A stretch of 64,000 bases of DNA from an uncultured Armatimonadetes bacterium (GCA_963717145.1 OY970325.1:4800001-4864000); one strand, 5' to 3'; counted from the stretch's first letter, positions 47,792 through 58,040 are shown. The notes: generated from the letters alone by a model not told the origin. Numbers and translations are program-made.

Positions 47792-48879
47792 TGGCCCACC
47801 TTTGTCATCTGCTGGAACAGCTCGAGCCAGCCGACCATGAATGCGTCCGACCAGGAGCCGGACTTGCGGCATTCCTCGATCGTCTTGCCCCAGTAGAAGC
47901 CGATCCATCCGGCGGAGTCCTTCTCGGACTTGGCGAGGAACTCCCGAAGCTCGTCGACCGAGCAGTGCATCGGGAACGTCTCCTCGATGACGACCGGCTT
48001 CCCGATGGCGAACGCCTTGAGTATGTCGGACGACTCCTGGAGCTTGGGACTCTCGGGGTAGATATGCACGCAGAGGAAATCGACCTCAGGGGCGACCGTC
48101 TTTGGCGCGAAACCGGACTCGGGATCGTCAGTCGGCTTCCAGGGCAGCAGGCCAACCGTGATGAGATGCCGCTTGTCGTGCTTCCGGATCGCCAACCGCA
48201 TCGCCCTCAGCCAGTGACGGGAGATATCGGTCCGCTTGCGATCGCCCTGATCGAGGGAGATGAACTGAACGTAGTAGTAGACCTCGGCGAATGGCCCGGC
48301 GAGCCAGTCCTCACGGCGGCCCGACGGGACGACCGGCTCGTTCATGATGTCGTAGCAGAACACCCCTGGATGATCGGCGCATCGAGCCGCAACGCTCTCC
48401 CAGAATGTGGCCTGCGCGCGCCACCGATCCTTCTCGGAGAGCTTGTCGTACCAGTCGGGGATATGCTCCTTCTTGTAGCACGCGAGGCCGGTGATGTCGA
48501 GGTACAGGCCGAGACTCTCCGCATGAGAGACGAGGCGTTCGAGCCGGTCGAGCGCCTTCCGGTTCGGCTTGCTCGCAGTATCCATCAACCGCCCGAACTG
48601 CAGGTGAATGCGCACAACGTTCGCCCCGAGTGCCTTCATCTCGGCGAAGTCTTCCTGCACGGTGGGCCATTCGGTCTCCCAGTAGTCCTCCAGCATCCGG
48701 CCGTTCGAGTCGCGGTCGTAGTTGAAGCCACGGGGTGCAAACGGCTTGCCCGATGAGGCGAGGGAAAACGACTTCCCGTCCGTCCCAACCTTGACCCAAT
48801 CGAGCTTCGGTGTCTCCGAATGAGCGACGCCACCGACCAGAAGCGCCAAAAGCACAAGAATCACGGCATGTCCGTCCAT
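47788..48879 (-). CDS. Secreted GH5-like (cellulase family) glycoside hydrolase
   Basis: GANVVRIH, YDIMNEP, VHIYP, KPVVIEE. Confidence 0.85.
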   Translation of the reverse strand: MDGHAVILVLLALLVGGVAHSETPKLDWVKVGTDGKSFSLASSGKPFAPRGFNYDRDSNGRMLEDYWETEWPTVQEDFAEMKALGANVVRIHLQFGRLMDTASKPNRKALDRLERLVSHAESLGLYLDITGLACYKKEHIPDWYDKLSEKDRWRAQATFWESVAARCADHPGVFCYDIMNEPVVPSGRREDWLAGPFAEVYYYVQFISLDQGDRKRTDISRHWLRAMRLAIRKHDKRHLITVGLLPWKPTDDPESGFAPKTVAPEVDFLCVHIYPESPKLQESSDILKAFAIGKPVVIEETFPMHCSVDELREFLAKSEKDSAGWIGFYWGKTIEECRKSGSWSDAFMVGWLELFQQMTKVGQ

Positions 48880-48885
48880 GAGTCC

Positions 48886-48914
48886 AGAATAGCAGCGGTC
48901 CGGGCGGCTGTCAA
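48886..48914 (-). promoter_or_regulatory. Promoter positioned for a leaderless GH5 mRNA
   Basis: TTGACA-17 nt-TATTCT (TG extended), 6 nt before the ATG; no SD. Confidence 0.6.
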
Positions 48915-48935
48915 TCAGTGTTTGCGGGAGAAAGC

Positions 48936-48968
48936 AGACAGGCCCGGCGGACGCCGCCGGGCCTGTCT
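48936..48968 (-). terminator. Probable intrinsic terminator after the DUF3494 gene
   Basis: agacaggcccggcgg/ccgccgggcctgtct stem followed by GCTTTCT on the minus strand. Confidence 0.6.
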
Positions 48969-48978
48969 CGTGAAGAGC

Positions 48979-51465
48979 TTACTTCGAGGGCTGCAGGATT
49001 CCGAGTTGGAAGCCGACGTATTCCGCATCGGCAAGCAACTTGCAGCACGCCGGGTTCTCGAACGTTGCGGCTATACCCGTGCCGTTTCCAGTCGGATTTG
49101 GTCGCGCAGGCGAGACACCGATGCAGGCATCCATGACCTCCATCTCGAAGTCGCCAAGGATCGCGGCGGCCGCAACAAGGTCGGGAGGATCCATGTCCAG
49201 GGCATCCTGGATCGCATCGAGTTTGGCCTGCAGGATCGGATAGAGCACCTCATCCGAAACCAGCGGGACTTCGTCCAGGCCGAACGGTATCTCGTGGAAC
49301 AGTTCCAGTAGATCCTTCATGCTCTGGATAGTTGCGTCCACCTGCCAGGTCCAAACCTCCGTATGGACGAAGGAAGGAAGATTCGGGCCGGGGCCGTCGT
49401 CGTCGAATAAGGCCCCTGTCCCGTAGACGATGGTCAGCGTCCACGTCGTTCCCGGCACCTCATACATCAACGGCCACCAGAGGCGGATGTTCGGTGTGCC
49501 CTGCAGGCAGATTGTGCCCGAGGGGAAGACGTCCGCACACTGGATGATCGATGGATGCTCCTTGCAGAGGAGCACGTTCTTGATCTCGTAGTCAACACCC
49601 AACTGGGCTGCGCTTACGAAGTTGGCCCAGGCGTCGCCGGGAACGATCGCGAACACGCCGGCCATCGACGATATCACGTCTGCGCCCGTCCCATTGTAGC
49701 CCTGGTACGATGTGTTCACGCCCCCCGGAGACTGGAACGCCTGGTAGACCAACTGCGGTCCGATGATCACCGTTTCCTCAGTGGTGTCGGTCACAGGGAC
49801 GGTGCCGACGACGCCGGTCACAGTGACCGAGTTGGTAAGGACCGTCGGGTCGGTAGGCAGCACAGTACGGCTCTCGGTGAACACCACGCATTCGCCGAAC
49901 GGTATGATCGGGCTGCCTCCGTTCGCTGTGAGGAAGTCGGCGATAATGTCGCCGAGATGCGAATCGACCACGCTGGTCACCGTCACGGGAAGCGTTCCGC
50001 AGTTGCAGACGGTGTACGTGTAGGTTATCAGATCGCCGACTGCGGCCGTAGCGCGGTCGGCGACCTTTGCTATACTCACGCACGGGCCCGGGACGATCGT
50101 AATGTCCCAGTTGTCTGTTGCTTCCACAAGTGTGGCCCCGTTGTGGGCGTCCACCGTAACGATGTTCCCAATCGGACTCGTATCCGTGTCCAGCACCGTG
50201 CGGGTCTTGGTGAATGTCGTACACGCGCCGCCGAGAAGGGTCGCGCCGCCATTCGCCGTTGTGAAGTCGGTAGTCAGAGGTCCCAGTAGTGTGTCGGACA
50301 CGCTGTCCACCGTGAGTGTCGCCGTCCCGCAGTTGCAGACCACGAACGTGTAGGTCACCACATCGTCAACCGATGCAATGATGTGGTCGGCGGTCTTCAC
50401 TATGTCCACGCAAACGGTTGGTGTAGTCGGCACGATGTCCACGCTCGCGGATGCGCTGTCCGTCGCGGTGCCTGTGGTGTCATGGACGTTGACGGTAACC
50501 GTGTTGTCGAGCGGATCAGCGTCGGCGCCCGTCACCAGGTGATTCACGGTGAACACCGAGCATCCTCCGACTGGAATCGTCGCGCCCCCGTTCGCCGCCG
50601 TGAACGTGCCGGTCAGGGTGCCAATAGGCACGTCGACCACGCTGTCCACCGTGATCGTCGTCGGTCCGCAGTTGCAGATGGTGTACGTGTAGATGATCGT
50701 ATCACCGATGGCGGCCGAGGGGCGGTTCGCGTCCTTCAGGATGCTGACGCAGGGGTGGCTCGGCACGCAGATGCTGTTGACGAACTCCGAGCCGCTGATC
50801 GTCACATGGGCAGTCCTGGCCAGCGCCCGGCCCTGAAGTGTGCCGCCATCGAGCGTAACACTCGCGAGCGCCATGATATTGCCTACGAAGTCAGTGCCTG
50901 AGAAAATGGTCGCGGATGAGCCGACCTGCCAGAAGACGTTGCAGGGCGATGCACCGTTGATCAGAGTTACGCTGGCGCCTGTGGCGGTGGTCAGAGTGCT
51001 GCCGATCTGGAAGATCCAGCACGCGTTCGGATCGCCCTGGGCGTCCAGAGTCAGATTGCCGGTAAGTGCTGCCGACGTCGAGAAGAAGTAGACCCCGGGA
51101 AGAAGCGGGTTCCCCGCATTGTATGTGCCCAGATCGATGCCGGTGAGAACCCCGGTGGTCGCAGCGCCAGCCGCGGCATTGTAAGCGGCGGTCAGATCGA
51201 CTTGTGCCTGTGCGGTCACTGCATTGGAGGTGGTGTACAGCGTGCCCACGACAACCCCGGGTGGGAATCCCACGACCGCGGGGATGGGAGAACTGCCCAC
51301 GTCGCCCTGTACGACAGTACCAGGGACGGAGTTTGTAACGCCGCTGCCACCGAGCAGTGCAAAGTCAGCCGCTGTCCCAAGATTGACGCAAGCGGCGTGT
51401 GCATTCACCGGCAGCAGCAGGAGAACCAGGAGTACTACCAGTGGTAGAACATGTTGCCCTTTCAA
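48979..51465 (-). CDS. Secreted ice-binding-like DUF3494 protein with three DUF11/Ig-like repeats and an unrecognised C-terminal domain
   Basis: VNLGTAADFALLGGSGVTN, LLPGVY, LTLDAQGDPNACWIFQIGSTL, NVFWQVGSSAT; three repeats like GDTIIYTYTICNCG. Confidence 0.88.
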   Translation of the reverse strand: MKGQHVLPLVVLLVLLLLPVNAHAACVNLGTAADFALLGGSGVTNSVPGTVVQGDVGSSPIPAVVGFPPGVVVGTLYTTSNAVTAQAQVDLTAAYNAAAGAATTGVLTGIDLGTYNAGNPLLPGVYFFSTSAALTGNLTLDAQGDPNACWIFQIGSTLTTATGASVTLINGASPCNVFWQVGSSATIFSGTDFVGNIMALASVTLDGGTLQGRALARTAHVTISGSEFVNSICVPSHPCVSILKDANRPSAAIGDTIIYTYTICNCGPTTITVDSVVDVPIGTLTGTFTAANGGATIPVGGCSVFTVNHLVTGADADPLDNTVTVNVHDTTGTATDSASASVDIVPTTPTVCVDIVKTADHIIASVDDVVTYTFVVCNCGTATLTVDSVSDTLLGPLTTDFTTANGGATLLGGACTTFTKTRTVLDTDTSPIGNIVTVDAHNGATLVEATDNWDITIVPGPCVSIAKVADRATAAVGDLITYTYTVCNCGTLPVTVTSVVDSHLGDIIADFLTANGGSPIIPFGECVVFTESRTVLPTDPTVLTNSVTVTGVVGTVPVTDTTEETVIIGPQLVYQAFQSPGGVNTSYQGYNGTGADVISSMAGVFAIVPGDAWANFVSAAQLGVDYEIKNVLLCKEHPSIIQCADVFPSGTICLQGTPNIRLWWPLMYEVPGTTWTLTIVYGTGALFDDDGPGPNLPSFVHTEVWTWQVDATIQSMKDLLELFHEIPFGLDEVPLVSDEVLYPILQAKLDAIQDALDMDPPDLVAAAAILGDFEMEVMDACIGVSPARPNPTGNGTGIAATFENPACCKLLADAEYVGFQLGILQPSK

Positions 51466-51768
51466 AGTAATCCCTCCTCATGCGAAAATGCTGGCATGGC
51501 TCATGTGGCCGGTCTATCGGCGCATTATGCCATGCTCGGCTGGATACGGGCCGCAGTGTTGCACGACCCGATAATAACTGTATCCGCGACGGGTCTCATC
51601 TAAACATATAACACTATGTCACAGGTCAACTCGGGTATCACTAGCACAAGCGCAAATACTGGAGGCGCTCACTTGGAGAGAGATCGCTCGGACAGGCTGC
51701 CTCCCGCCTCAAAGGAATCCGCACCGCCTGCGACTAACAATCCATCATATCCGGAACAGGGAGGCTGA

Positions 51769-53790
51769 TTGTTGAGACGATTCTTACCGATAACCGTTCT
51801 GATGCTGATCTGCAGTGCCGCGATGGCGGCTCAGACGTATACTTATGTCGATCTGGTCAACCGACTGACCGACCTGGAGGGCCTCTCGGTCCTTCCGGCG
51901 AAGGGCGAGACCTGCACGCAGTGGTCGAGCTACGACCGCGCAAGTTACTACGACGAGAAGACCGGCAAGTACGTGGGCTGGGATGCCAACGGTGACGGCG
52001 GTGGAGTCATTCGTGCTGAGGGCGACGGCTCCCTGGTGGCGGAGATGAAAGGCCCGGGGTGCATCTGGCGCATCTGGTCCGCTCTCGCGCAGGAGGGACA
52101 CGTCAAGATATACCTCGATGGCGCGACCGAGCCCGCAGTCGATCTGCCGTTCGCGGGCTATTTCGATCGAAAGAACGAACCGTTCGTCTTTCCCTCGCTC
52201 GTGCACATAGTGGCGAAGGGCTGCAACAATTACACGCCGATCCCGTACCAGAAGTCATGCCGCATCACGATGGACAAGGGGTGGGGGGCGTACTACCAGT
52301 TCGTCTATACGACTTTTCCCGAGAAGATCAAAGTGCCGACTTTCACCCGCGATCTTTCCGCAGAGGAACACGCCGCTCTCGCGAAGGCCGACCGCTTCCT
52401 CCGCATCAAACTCGGCACTGATCCCGCCGGACGGCGCACCGATCAGATCGTCGAAACCAGGCGCGTCTCGATCGCTCCCGGCAAGAAGGTGACTGTGGCC
52501 GACATCACAGGCAAGCGCGCGATCACCGGCATGCGGGTGAAGGTCGATCCCTCGCTGCTCACAGGTGAGGCGGATGCCCTGCGCGACGTTTCGCTCTCGA
52601 TCAACTGGGACGGCGAGAAGTCGCCGAGCGTCTGGTCGCCTCTGGGCGACTTCTTCGGCACGGGTCCCGGGTTCAACAAGTACAAGTCGCTGCCACTGGG
52701 TGTCACCGACGAGGGTATGTACTCGTACTGGTACATGCCGTTCGCGGAGAAGGCCGTTGTGCGGCTTTCGAACGACGGCAATGCTGCATTCACCGGCGAC
52801 GTCAGCATCACCCATGCGCCGGTCAGAAAGGCAATCGACTCGCTCGGCCGATTCCACGCGAAGTGGCACCGGGACGCGTTCCTCCCAACCGAGCCGGAAC
52901 GATGGATCGACTGGCCGATCGTGAAGACCGAGGGCGCGGGCCGATTCCTCGGCGTCAACCTCGAGGTCTGGAACCCGCGAGGCGGATGGTGGGGTGAGGG
53001 CGACGAGAAGTGGTTCGTCGACGGTGAGAAGTTCCCCTCGACGATCGGCACCGGCTCGGAGGACTACTTCGGGTACGCGTGGTGCGATCCGACCCTGTTC
53101 CAAAACGCCTACCACAACCAGACGAGGGTGAACGGCAACGTCGGCCACGTCGCCGTCAACCGCTGGCACATAGCAGACAACATCCCGTTCGCGAAGTCGT
53201 TCGAGGGCGATATCGAGAAGTACTACGCGAACGCCCGCCCGACGCTTTATGCCGCCACCGCCTACTGGTATCTCGATCGCAACGGCGCCGATCCGTACAG
53301 GGCCGTACCGCTGAAGGATCGCCGGTACTTCGTCCAGCCCAGGGTCGTCAGCAAGCCGGGCGTCATCGAGGGCGAGGCGCTCAACGTCTTGGGCAAGACC
53401 GGCGGTGATACCCAGCGTCAGGACCTCGCGCCGTTCATCGGTGGAAGCTGGAGCGGAGAGGCCCACCTCTGGTGGACTCAGGCCAAGCCCGGCGACAAGC
53501 TCGACCTCGAGATTCCGGTGCAGAAGTCGGGCAGTTATGACCTTATCGTTCGCATGACCAAGGCCGCGGATTACGGCATTGTTCAGATCTATCTCGACGG
53601 GCAGAAGGTCGGCGGACCGTTCGATCTCTACAATGACGGCGTGGTCGCGACCGGCGAGATCTCGCTGGGTAAGATGGACCTGTCGAAGGGTAACCACAAG
53701 CTGACCGTCGAGATCGTCGGTGCGAACGACAGGGCGATCAAGGCCTACATGTTCGGCCTCGACTACATCAAGCTGGCTGCCACAAAGTAG
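51769..53790 (+). CDS. DUF2961 (GH172-like) glycoside hydrolase with a C-terminal CBM-like domain
   Basis: SSYDR, GPGCIWRIW, WWGEGDEK, GTGSEDYFG. Confidence 0.85.
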   Translation: MLRRFLPITVLMLICSAAMAAQTYTYVDLVNRLTDLEGLSVLPAKGETCTQWSSYDRASYYDEKTGKYVGWDANGDGGGVIRAEGDGSLVAEMKGPGCIWRIWSALAQEGHVKIYLDGATEPAVDLPFAGYFDRKNEPFVFPSLVHIVAKGCNNYTPIPYQKSCRITMDKGWGAYYQFVYTTFPEKIKVPTFTRDLSAEEHAALAKADRFLRIKLGTDPAGRRTDQIVETRRVSIAPGKKVTVADITGKRAITGMRVKVDPSLLTGEADALRDVSLSINWDGEKSPSVWSPLGDFFGTGPGFNKYKSLPLGVTDEGMYSYWYMPFAEKAVVRLSNDGNAAFTGDVSITHAPVRKAIDSLGRFHAKWHRDAFLPTEPERWIDWPIVKTEGAGRFLGVNLEVWNPRGGWWGEGDEKWFVDGEKFPSTIGTGSEDYFGYAWCDPTLFQNAYHNQTRVNGNVGHVAVNRWHIADNIPFAKSFEGDIEKYYANARPTLYAATAYWYLDRNGADPYRAVPLKDRRYFVQPRVVSKPGVIEGEALNVLGKTGGDTQRQDLAPFIGGSWSGEAHLWWTQAKPGDKLDLEIPVQKSGSYDLIVRMTKAADYGIVQIYLDGQKVGGPFDLYNDGVVATGEISLGKMDLSKGNHKLTVEIVGANDRAIKAYMFGLDYIKLAATK

Positions 53791-53797
53791 CGCACTG

Positions 53798-53896
53798 TGT
53801 AGGAGGGATCTTCCGGGATGGTTCGTGCCCGGTAATCCCGAATGCCGTCGGTTCGGGATTACCGGGCACGAACCATCCCGGAAAATCCCTCCTACA
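53798..53896. repeat. GTAG-type long hairpin
   Basis: 45-bp arms with one mismatch, starting TGTAGGAGGGAT; 9-nt loop. Confidence 0.92.
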
Positions 53897-53917
53897 AATG
53901 ACATAGAGGTAACAAAC

Positions 53918-55003
53918 ATGCAATACCGCGATTTGGGAAAGACCGGGCTGAAGGTTTCCGCGCTCGCACAGGGGTGCATGCGATTCCCCGAGGACAAGCC
54001 GGAAGTGGGGGAGGAGATCGTCGATTCCGCGATCGCTGCCGGGATCAACTACTTCGAGACCGCGCGACTCTATATCAACGGCAAGTGCCAGCAGCTCACC
54101 GGGCTCGGCCTCAAAGGACGAAGCCGCGGGCTGATCGTCTCGGGCAAGGCGGGGATCAACGCCGAGACAACCGCCGAGAGCTATCGCAAGGAGATCGACC
54201 TCCAGATGGAATGCCTCGGCGTCGACTACCTCGAGTTCTGGCAGGTCGGCTGGATCTCGCTTGACAAGCTCCCATTCCTGACAAAGAAGGGCGGCCCCCT
54301 CGAGGCGCTCGACCGGGCGCGGACCGAGGGGATCATTGGCCACATCGGATTCACCGGCCACGACAAACCCGAGAACTTCATCAAGCTCATCGAGACCGGG
54401 CTGTTCGAGAGCCTGACCATCCCGTACAGCATCCTCGACCGCGCCTATGCCGGCACCATCAAGCGCGCCGGTGAGCTGGGAGTCGGTGTGATCGCAATGT
54501 GCCCGGTCGCGGGAGGGATGCTCGCCAGCCCGTCGCCGCAGATCCAGCAGCTCATCCCCGGCGGCGCGAAGACGACCGCCGCCGCCGCGCTCCAATTCGT
54601 GCTCGCCAATCCCGACGTGAGCTGCGCCTGCTCAGGGATGAACACGATGGAGATGCTTCGGGAGAACATCGAGACCGTGAACTCGTTCCAAGGGCTCGGG
54701 TCGGATGACTTCGCGCGCATGGACGCGATCCTCGATGAGTTCTCATCGCTCGGGAAGCAGTTCTGCACGGCGTGCGGATACTGCAAGGACTGCCCGACGG
54801 GAGTCGATATCCCCGGCAACTTCGGCCTCTACAACACGGCGAACGTCTACGGCCTCACGGACTACGCGCGGGCCCAGTACGCCGCGATGGAGGCCGGCAA
54901 GCGCGCGGATGCATGCGTCCGATGCGGCGAGTGCGAGCCGAAGTGCCCGAACACGCTCCCGATCATGGACCAGCTTGCCGAAGTGGCCGAGTGTCTTGGG
55001 TGA
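53918..55003 (+). CDS. Aldo/keto reductase with C-terminal 4Fe-4S domain
   Basis: YRDLGKTGLKVSAL, GINYFETA, CTACGYC and CVRCGECEPKCP. Confidence 0.9.
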   Translation: MQYRDLGKTGLKVSALAQGCMRFPEDKPEVGEEIVDSAIAAGINYFETARLYINGKCQQLTGLGLKGRSRGLIVSGKAGINAETTAESYRKEIDLQMECLGVDYLEFWQVGWISLDKLPFLTKKGGPLEALDRARTEGIIGHIGFTGHDKPENFIKLIETGLFESLTIPYSILDRAYAGTIKRAGELGVGVIAMCPVAGGMLASPSPQIQQLIPGGAKTTAAAALQFVLANPDVSCACSGMNTMEMLRENIETVNSFQGLGSDDFARMDAILDEFSSLGKQFCTACGYCKDCPTGVDIPGNFGLYNTANVYGLTDYARAQYAAMEAGKRADACVRCGECEPKCPNTLPIMDQLAEVAECLG

Positions 55004-55025
55004 CGCGCACGCAACCCATTGAACT

Positions 55026-55092
55026 GTAGGGGCGAAGCATTGGCCCATCGGACAGCAACCAGATCTGGGACAACATGCCAATGCTTCGCCCC
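55026..55092. repeat. GTAG-type REP family C, copy 1
   Basis: GTAGGGGCGAAGCATTGGC-32 nt-GCCAATGCTTCGCCCC. Confidence 0.85.
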
Positions 55093-55108
55093 GCATGTGG
55101 AGTGACGG

Positions 55109-55480
55109 ATGGCTGCGGAATCGAAGCGAATTCTCTTTCTGGATGACAGCCCGGCCCGCGCGCGGGCGTTCCTCCGAGAGCATCCGGATGCGGTTTGGGT
55201 GAAGACGGCCGCTCAGTGCGTCGAGCGACTCGGGGAGACTTGGGACGAGGTGGACCTCGACTACGACCTCGGATGGGGCGTTCGGACCGATCCCGAGGTC
55301 GAGGAGTCGGGGATGGGCGTAGTCAACTGGATTGTGAGGCACAAGCCGGAGCACGTGCGCAACACGGCGTTCATCGTCCATTCGCACAGTCGGAATGCAG
55401 CAGGCCGGATGGTTGATGAACTGCAGGCCGCGGGATACTATGCCATCCGCCGCCCGTTCGATCAGGCATCAGGGGACTAG
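55109..55480 (+). CDS. Stand-alone receiver-like protein resembling the cyclic-phosphate-processing receiver (cREC) family
   Basis: ILFLDD, LDYDLG, SGMGVVNWI, IVHSHS. Confidence 0.6.
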   Translation: MAAESKRILFLDDSPARARAFLREHPDAVWVKTAAQCVERLGETWDEVDLDYDLGWGVRTDPEVEESGMGVVNWIVRHKPEHVRNTAFIVHSHSRNAAGRMVDELQAAGYYAIRRPFDQASGD

Positions 55481-55488
55481 GTGGGCAT

Positions 55489-55553
55489 GTAGTGGCCGTG
55501 CCTCCGTGCCGGCCATGCCGTGTTGCAGGCCGGCACGGAGGCACGGCCACTAC
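55489..55553. repeat. GTAG-type REP family D, copy 1
   Basis: Perfect 26-bp arms GTAGTGGCCGTGCCTCCGTGCCGGCC, 13-nt loop. Confidence 0.92.
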
Positions 55554-55577
55554 GGTCGAGATGAGTAGGAGCTTGAT

Positions 55578-56579
55578 ATGGAATACGTTCGACTAGGCAA
55601 CGCGGGGATCGAGGTGTCGCGCCTCGGGCTGGGGTGCATGGATTTCCCGGTGCGACTCGGCGAGGCCGAGTCCGCCAGACTCGTGGGCCGAGCGATGGAG
55701 ATGGGAATCAACCTCCTCGACACCGCTGATACATACGACGACGGTCAGAGCGAGGAGATCCTCGGCAAGATCATCAAGGGCAAACGCGACCGGATCATCC
55801 TCGCAACCAAGTTCTGGGCCGTAATGTACAAGCGCCCGAACGGCGGAGGATGCTCGCGGGTCCACATCATGCAGGCGGTCGAGGACAGCCTCCGACGCCT
55901 CCAAACCGACCACATCGACCTCTATCAGCTCCACCATCCCGACATCAACACGCCGGTCGAGGAGGTCCTCTCCACGCTCGATGTGCTCGTCAAGCAGGGG
56001 AAGATCCGGTATATCGGTGTCTCGAACCACTACGCCTGGCAGATGGCGCACATGCTCGGGGTCAGCGCCCTCCACAACTGGGAGCCGCTCGTCTCGATCC
56101 AGTGCCGGTACAACATCATCGACCGCGTGATCGAGAACGAGACCGTCCCGTTCTGCGAGCGGTTCAACATCGCCACATTGATCTACGGGCCGCTCAACGG
56201 AGGCATCCTCGCGGGCAAGCTGCACAAGGGCGAGCCGCCGCCCGAGGGATCGCGCCTCCAGAAAGCTCGGAGCTACCAGGACAAACTGACCGAAGACGCA
56301 TGGCATCTCCTGGACGAGCTTCGAGGGATCGCTGAGAAGAACAATGTCGGGATGAACCAGCTTGCGTTCCTGTGGCTGCTCTCGAAGCGCGTTGTGACCA
56401 CGATCCTGGTCGGTGGCAGTAAGCCTGAGCACTTCGAGCCGATCTACGGCGTGGGCGACTTGAAGATCGATCCGGCGGACCTGGCGCGGATCGACGAACT
56501 CTCGGACAACTGGAGATACGGCCCGTTCCACAACCAGCGCGTGACCCACGGCGCGCCGCTCGCGGAGAACTGGTGGTAG
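55578..56579 (+). CDS. Aldo/keto reductase
   Basis: LGLGCM, DTADTY, ILATK, SLRRLQTDHIDLYQLH, GKIRYIGVSN. Confidence 0.92.
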   Translation: MEYVRLGNAGIEVSRLGLGCMDFPVRLGEAESARLVGRAMEMGINLLDTADTYDDGQSEEILGKIIKGKRDRIILATKFWAVMYKRPNGGGCSRVHIMQAVEDSLRRLQTDHIDLYQLHHPDINTPVEEVLSTLDVLVKQGKIRYIGVSNHYAWQMAHMLGVSALHNWEPLVSIQCRYNIIDRVIENETVPFCERFNIATLIYGPLNGGILAGKLHKGEPPPEGSRLQKARSYQDKLTEDAWHLLDELRGIAEKNNVGMNQLAFLWLLSKRVVTTILVGGSKPEHFEPIYGVGDLKIDPADLARIDELSDNWRYGPFHNQRVTHGAPLAENWW

Positions 56580-56640
56580 GGGGAGGGGAGTATGGGAGTG
56601 CGGGAGTCTACTCCCATACCCCCATACTCCCATACTCTCC

Positions 56641-57915
56641 CTACCCCCGCTCGATCGTCTGAGTCCGCTCCGGGCCGACGCTGATGAATTCGACCGGGAC
56701 CCCGACCAGCGCTTCCACATGCTTCACGTATGCCTGCGCGTTCGCCGGGAGGTCCGCAAACCGCCTGATGTCCGAGATCTCCTCCTGCCAGCCGGGGACT
56801 TCATCGTAGACCGGTACGCACTCGGTGATCGAGTCCCAATCCCCGGGCAAGTCCGCGCTCACGACGCCGTCGCATCGGTACGCCTTGCAGATTCTCAGCT
56901 TATCGATCCCGCCAAGAACGTCCAGCAGAGTCAGCGAGAGGCCGGTCATGCCGTTCACCATCGCCGAATACCGGATGGCGACGACATCGAGCCAGCCGCA
57001 TCGTCTCGGGCGGCCGGTCGTCGTGCCGTACTCGTGTCCGCGCTCGCGGATGTAGTTGCCGGTCTCGTCGAGCAGTTCGGTCGGAAAAACTCCCGCTCCG
57101 ACTCGGGTCGTGTATGCCTTCGCTACGCCGATGATGCGCTCGATCGACCTCGGACCGACGCCGGTTCCGATGCATGCGCCGCCTGCACCGGTGTGCGATG
57201 ACGTCACGAACGGGTACGTGCCGTAGTCGATGTCGAGCAGCGTGCCCTGCGCGGCCTCGAAGAGCAGCTTCTTCCCCTCAGAGGCGGCTCTGGCCACCAT
57301 GTAGTCGGTGTCCGCGACGAAGGGCTTGATGCGCGCCGCATAGGCCGAGTACTCCTCGTAGATCGCCGACTCCGACAGCGGCTCAGCGCCGTAGACCTTC
57401 TCCAGCAGCGCATTCTTGAACGCCATGTTCTCCGCCAGTCGCACTCTGAACCGGTCGGGATCGACCAGGTCGGCGACTCGGATCCCGATACGCGACGCCT
57501 TGTCGGCATAGACCGGGCCGATGCCTCGTGCCGTCGTGCCGATGGCCTTCCCGCCCTTGCGCTGTTCCTCCAGGAGGTCGAGGACCGGGTGATACGGCAT
57601 GATGACGTGCGCATTCCGGCTGATCTTCAGCTTGTCGACAACGATCCCGCGGCCTATCAGCCCGTCCAACTCGCCGACGAGCACCTTGGGGTCGATGACC
57701 ACGCCGTCCGACACGACGGGGATAACGTCGGGGTATAGGATCGCGCAGGGGACGATGTGGAACTTGAACGTCTCCGAGCCGACCACCACTGTGTGGCCCG
57801 CGTTGTTGCCGCCATTATATCTGACGCCTACATCCGCCTTGCCGGCGAGGTAGTCGATGATCTTTCCCTTTGCTTCGTCGCCCCACTGGGCGCCTATGAC
57901 GACGGTGTTTGCCAT
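56641..57915 (-). CDS. purA: Adenylosuccinate synthetase
   Basis: GAQWGDEAKGK, GGNNAGHT, GTYPFVTSS, EYGTTTGRPRRCGWLD. Confidence 0.97.
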   Translation of the reverse strand: MANTVVIGAQWGDEAKGKIIDYLAGKADVGVRYNGGNNAGHTVVVGSETFKFHIVPCAILYPDVIPVVSDGVVIDPKVLVGELDGLIGRGIVVDKLKISRNAHVIMPYHPVLDLLEEQRKGGKAIGTTARGIGPVYADKASRIGIRVADLVDPDRFRVRLAENMAFKNALLEKVYGAEPLSESAIYEEYSAYAARIKPFVADTDYMVARAASEGKKLLFEAAQGTLLDIDYGTYPFVTSSHTGAGGACIGTGVGPRSIERIIGVAKAYTTRVGAGVFPTELLDETGNYIRERGHEYGTTTGRPRRCGWLDVVAIRYSAMVNGMTGLSLTLLDVLGGIDKLRICKAYRCDGVVSADLPGDWDSITECVPVYDEVPGWQEEISDIRRFADLPANAQAYVKHVEALVGVPVEFISVGPERTQTIERG

Positions 57916-58011
57916 GAGCCCACGTCCTTCCAAGCGTTCATAAAACGCGCAAAGTGGATAACTACCCTCATCCGAGGGGCGCTATCCACTCGCTTTTCCC
58001 AAAACCTGTCG

Positions 58012-58040
58012 AGTATACCAGCTTCCCGCCGACCTGTCAA
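58012..58040 (-). promoter_or_regulatory. Sigma70 promoter of purA
   Basis: TTGACA-17 nt-TATACT with TG extension. Confidence 0.8.

Noticed and set aside
51470-51620. Riboswitch upstream of the DUF3494 gene
   Set aside because: Some stems are possible but I recognise no aptamer consensus; it needs an Infernal search.
57952-57990. DnaA boxes or replication origin
   Set aside because: Only two imperfect TATCCAC matches forming a hairpin; no AT-rich unwinding region or dnaA context.
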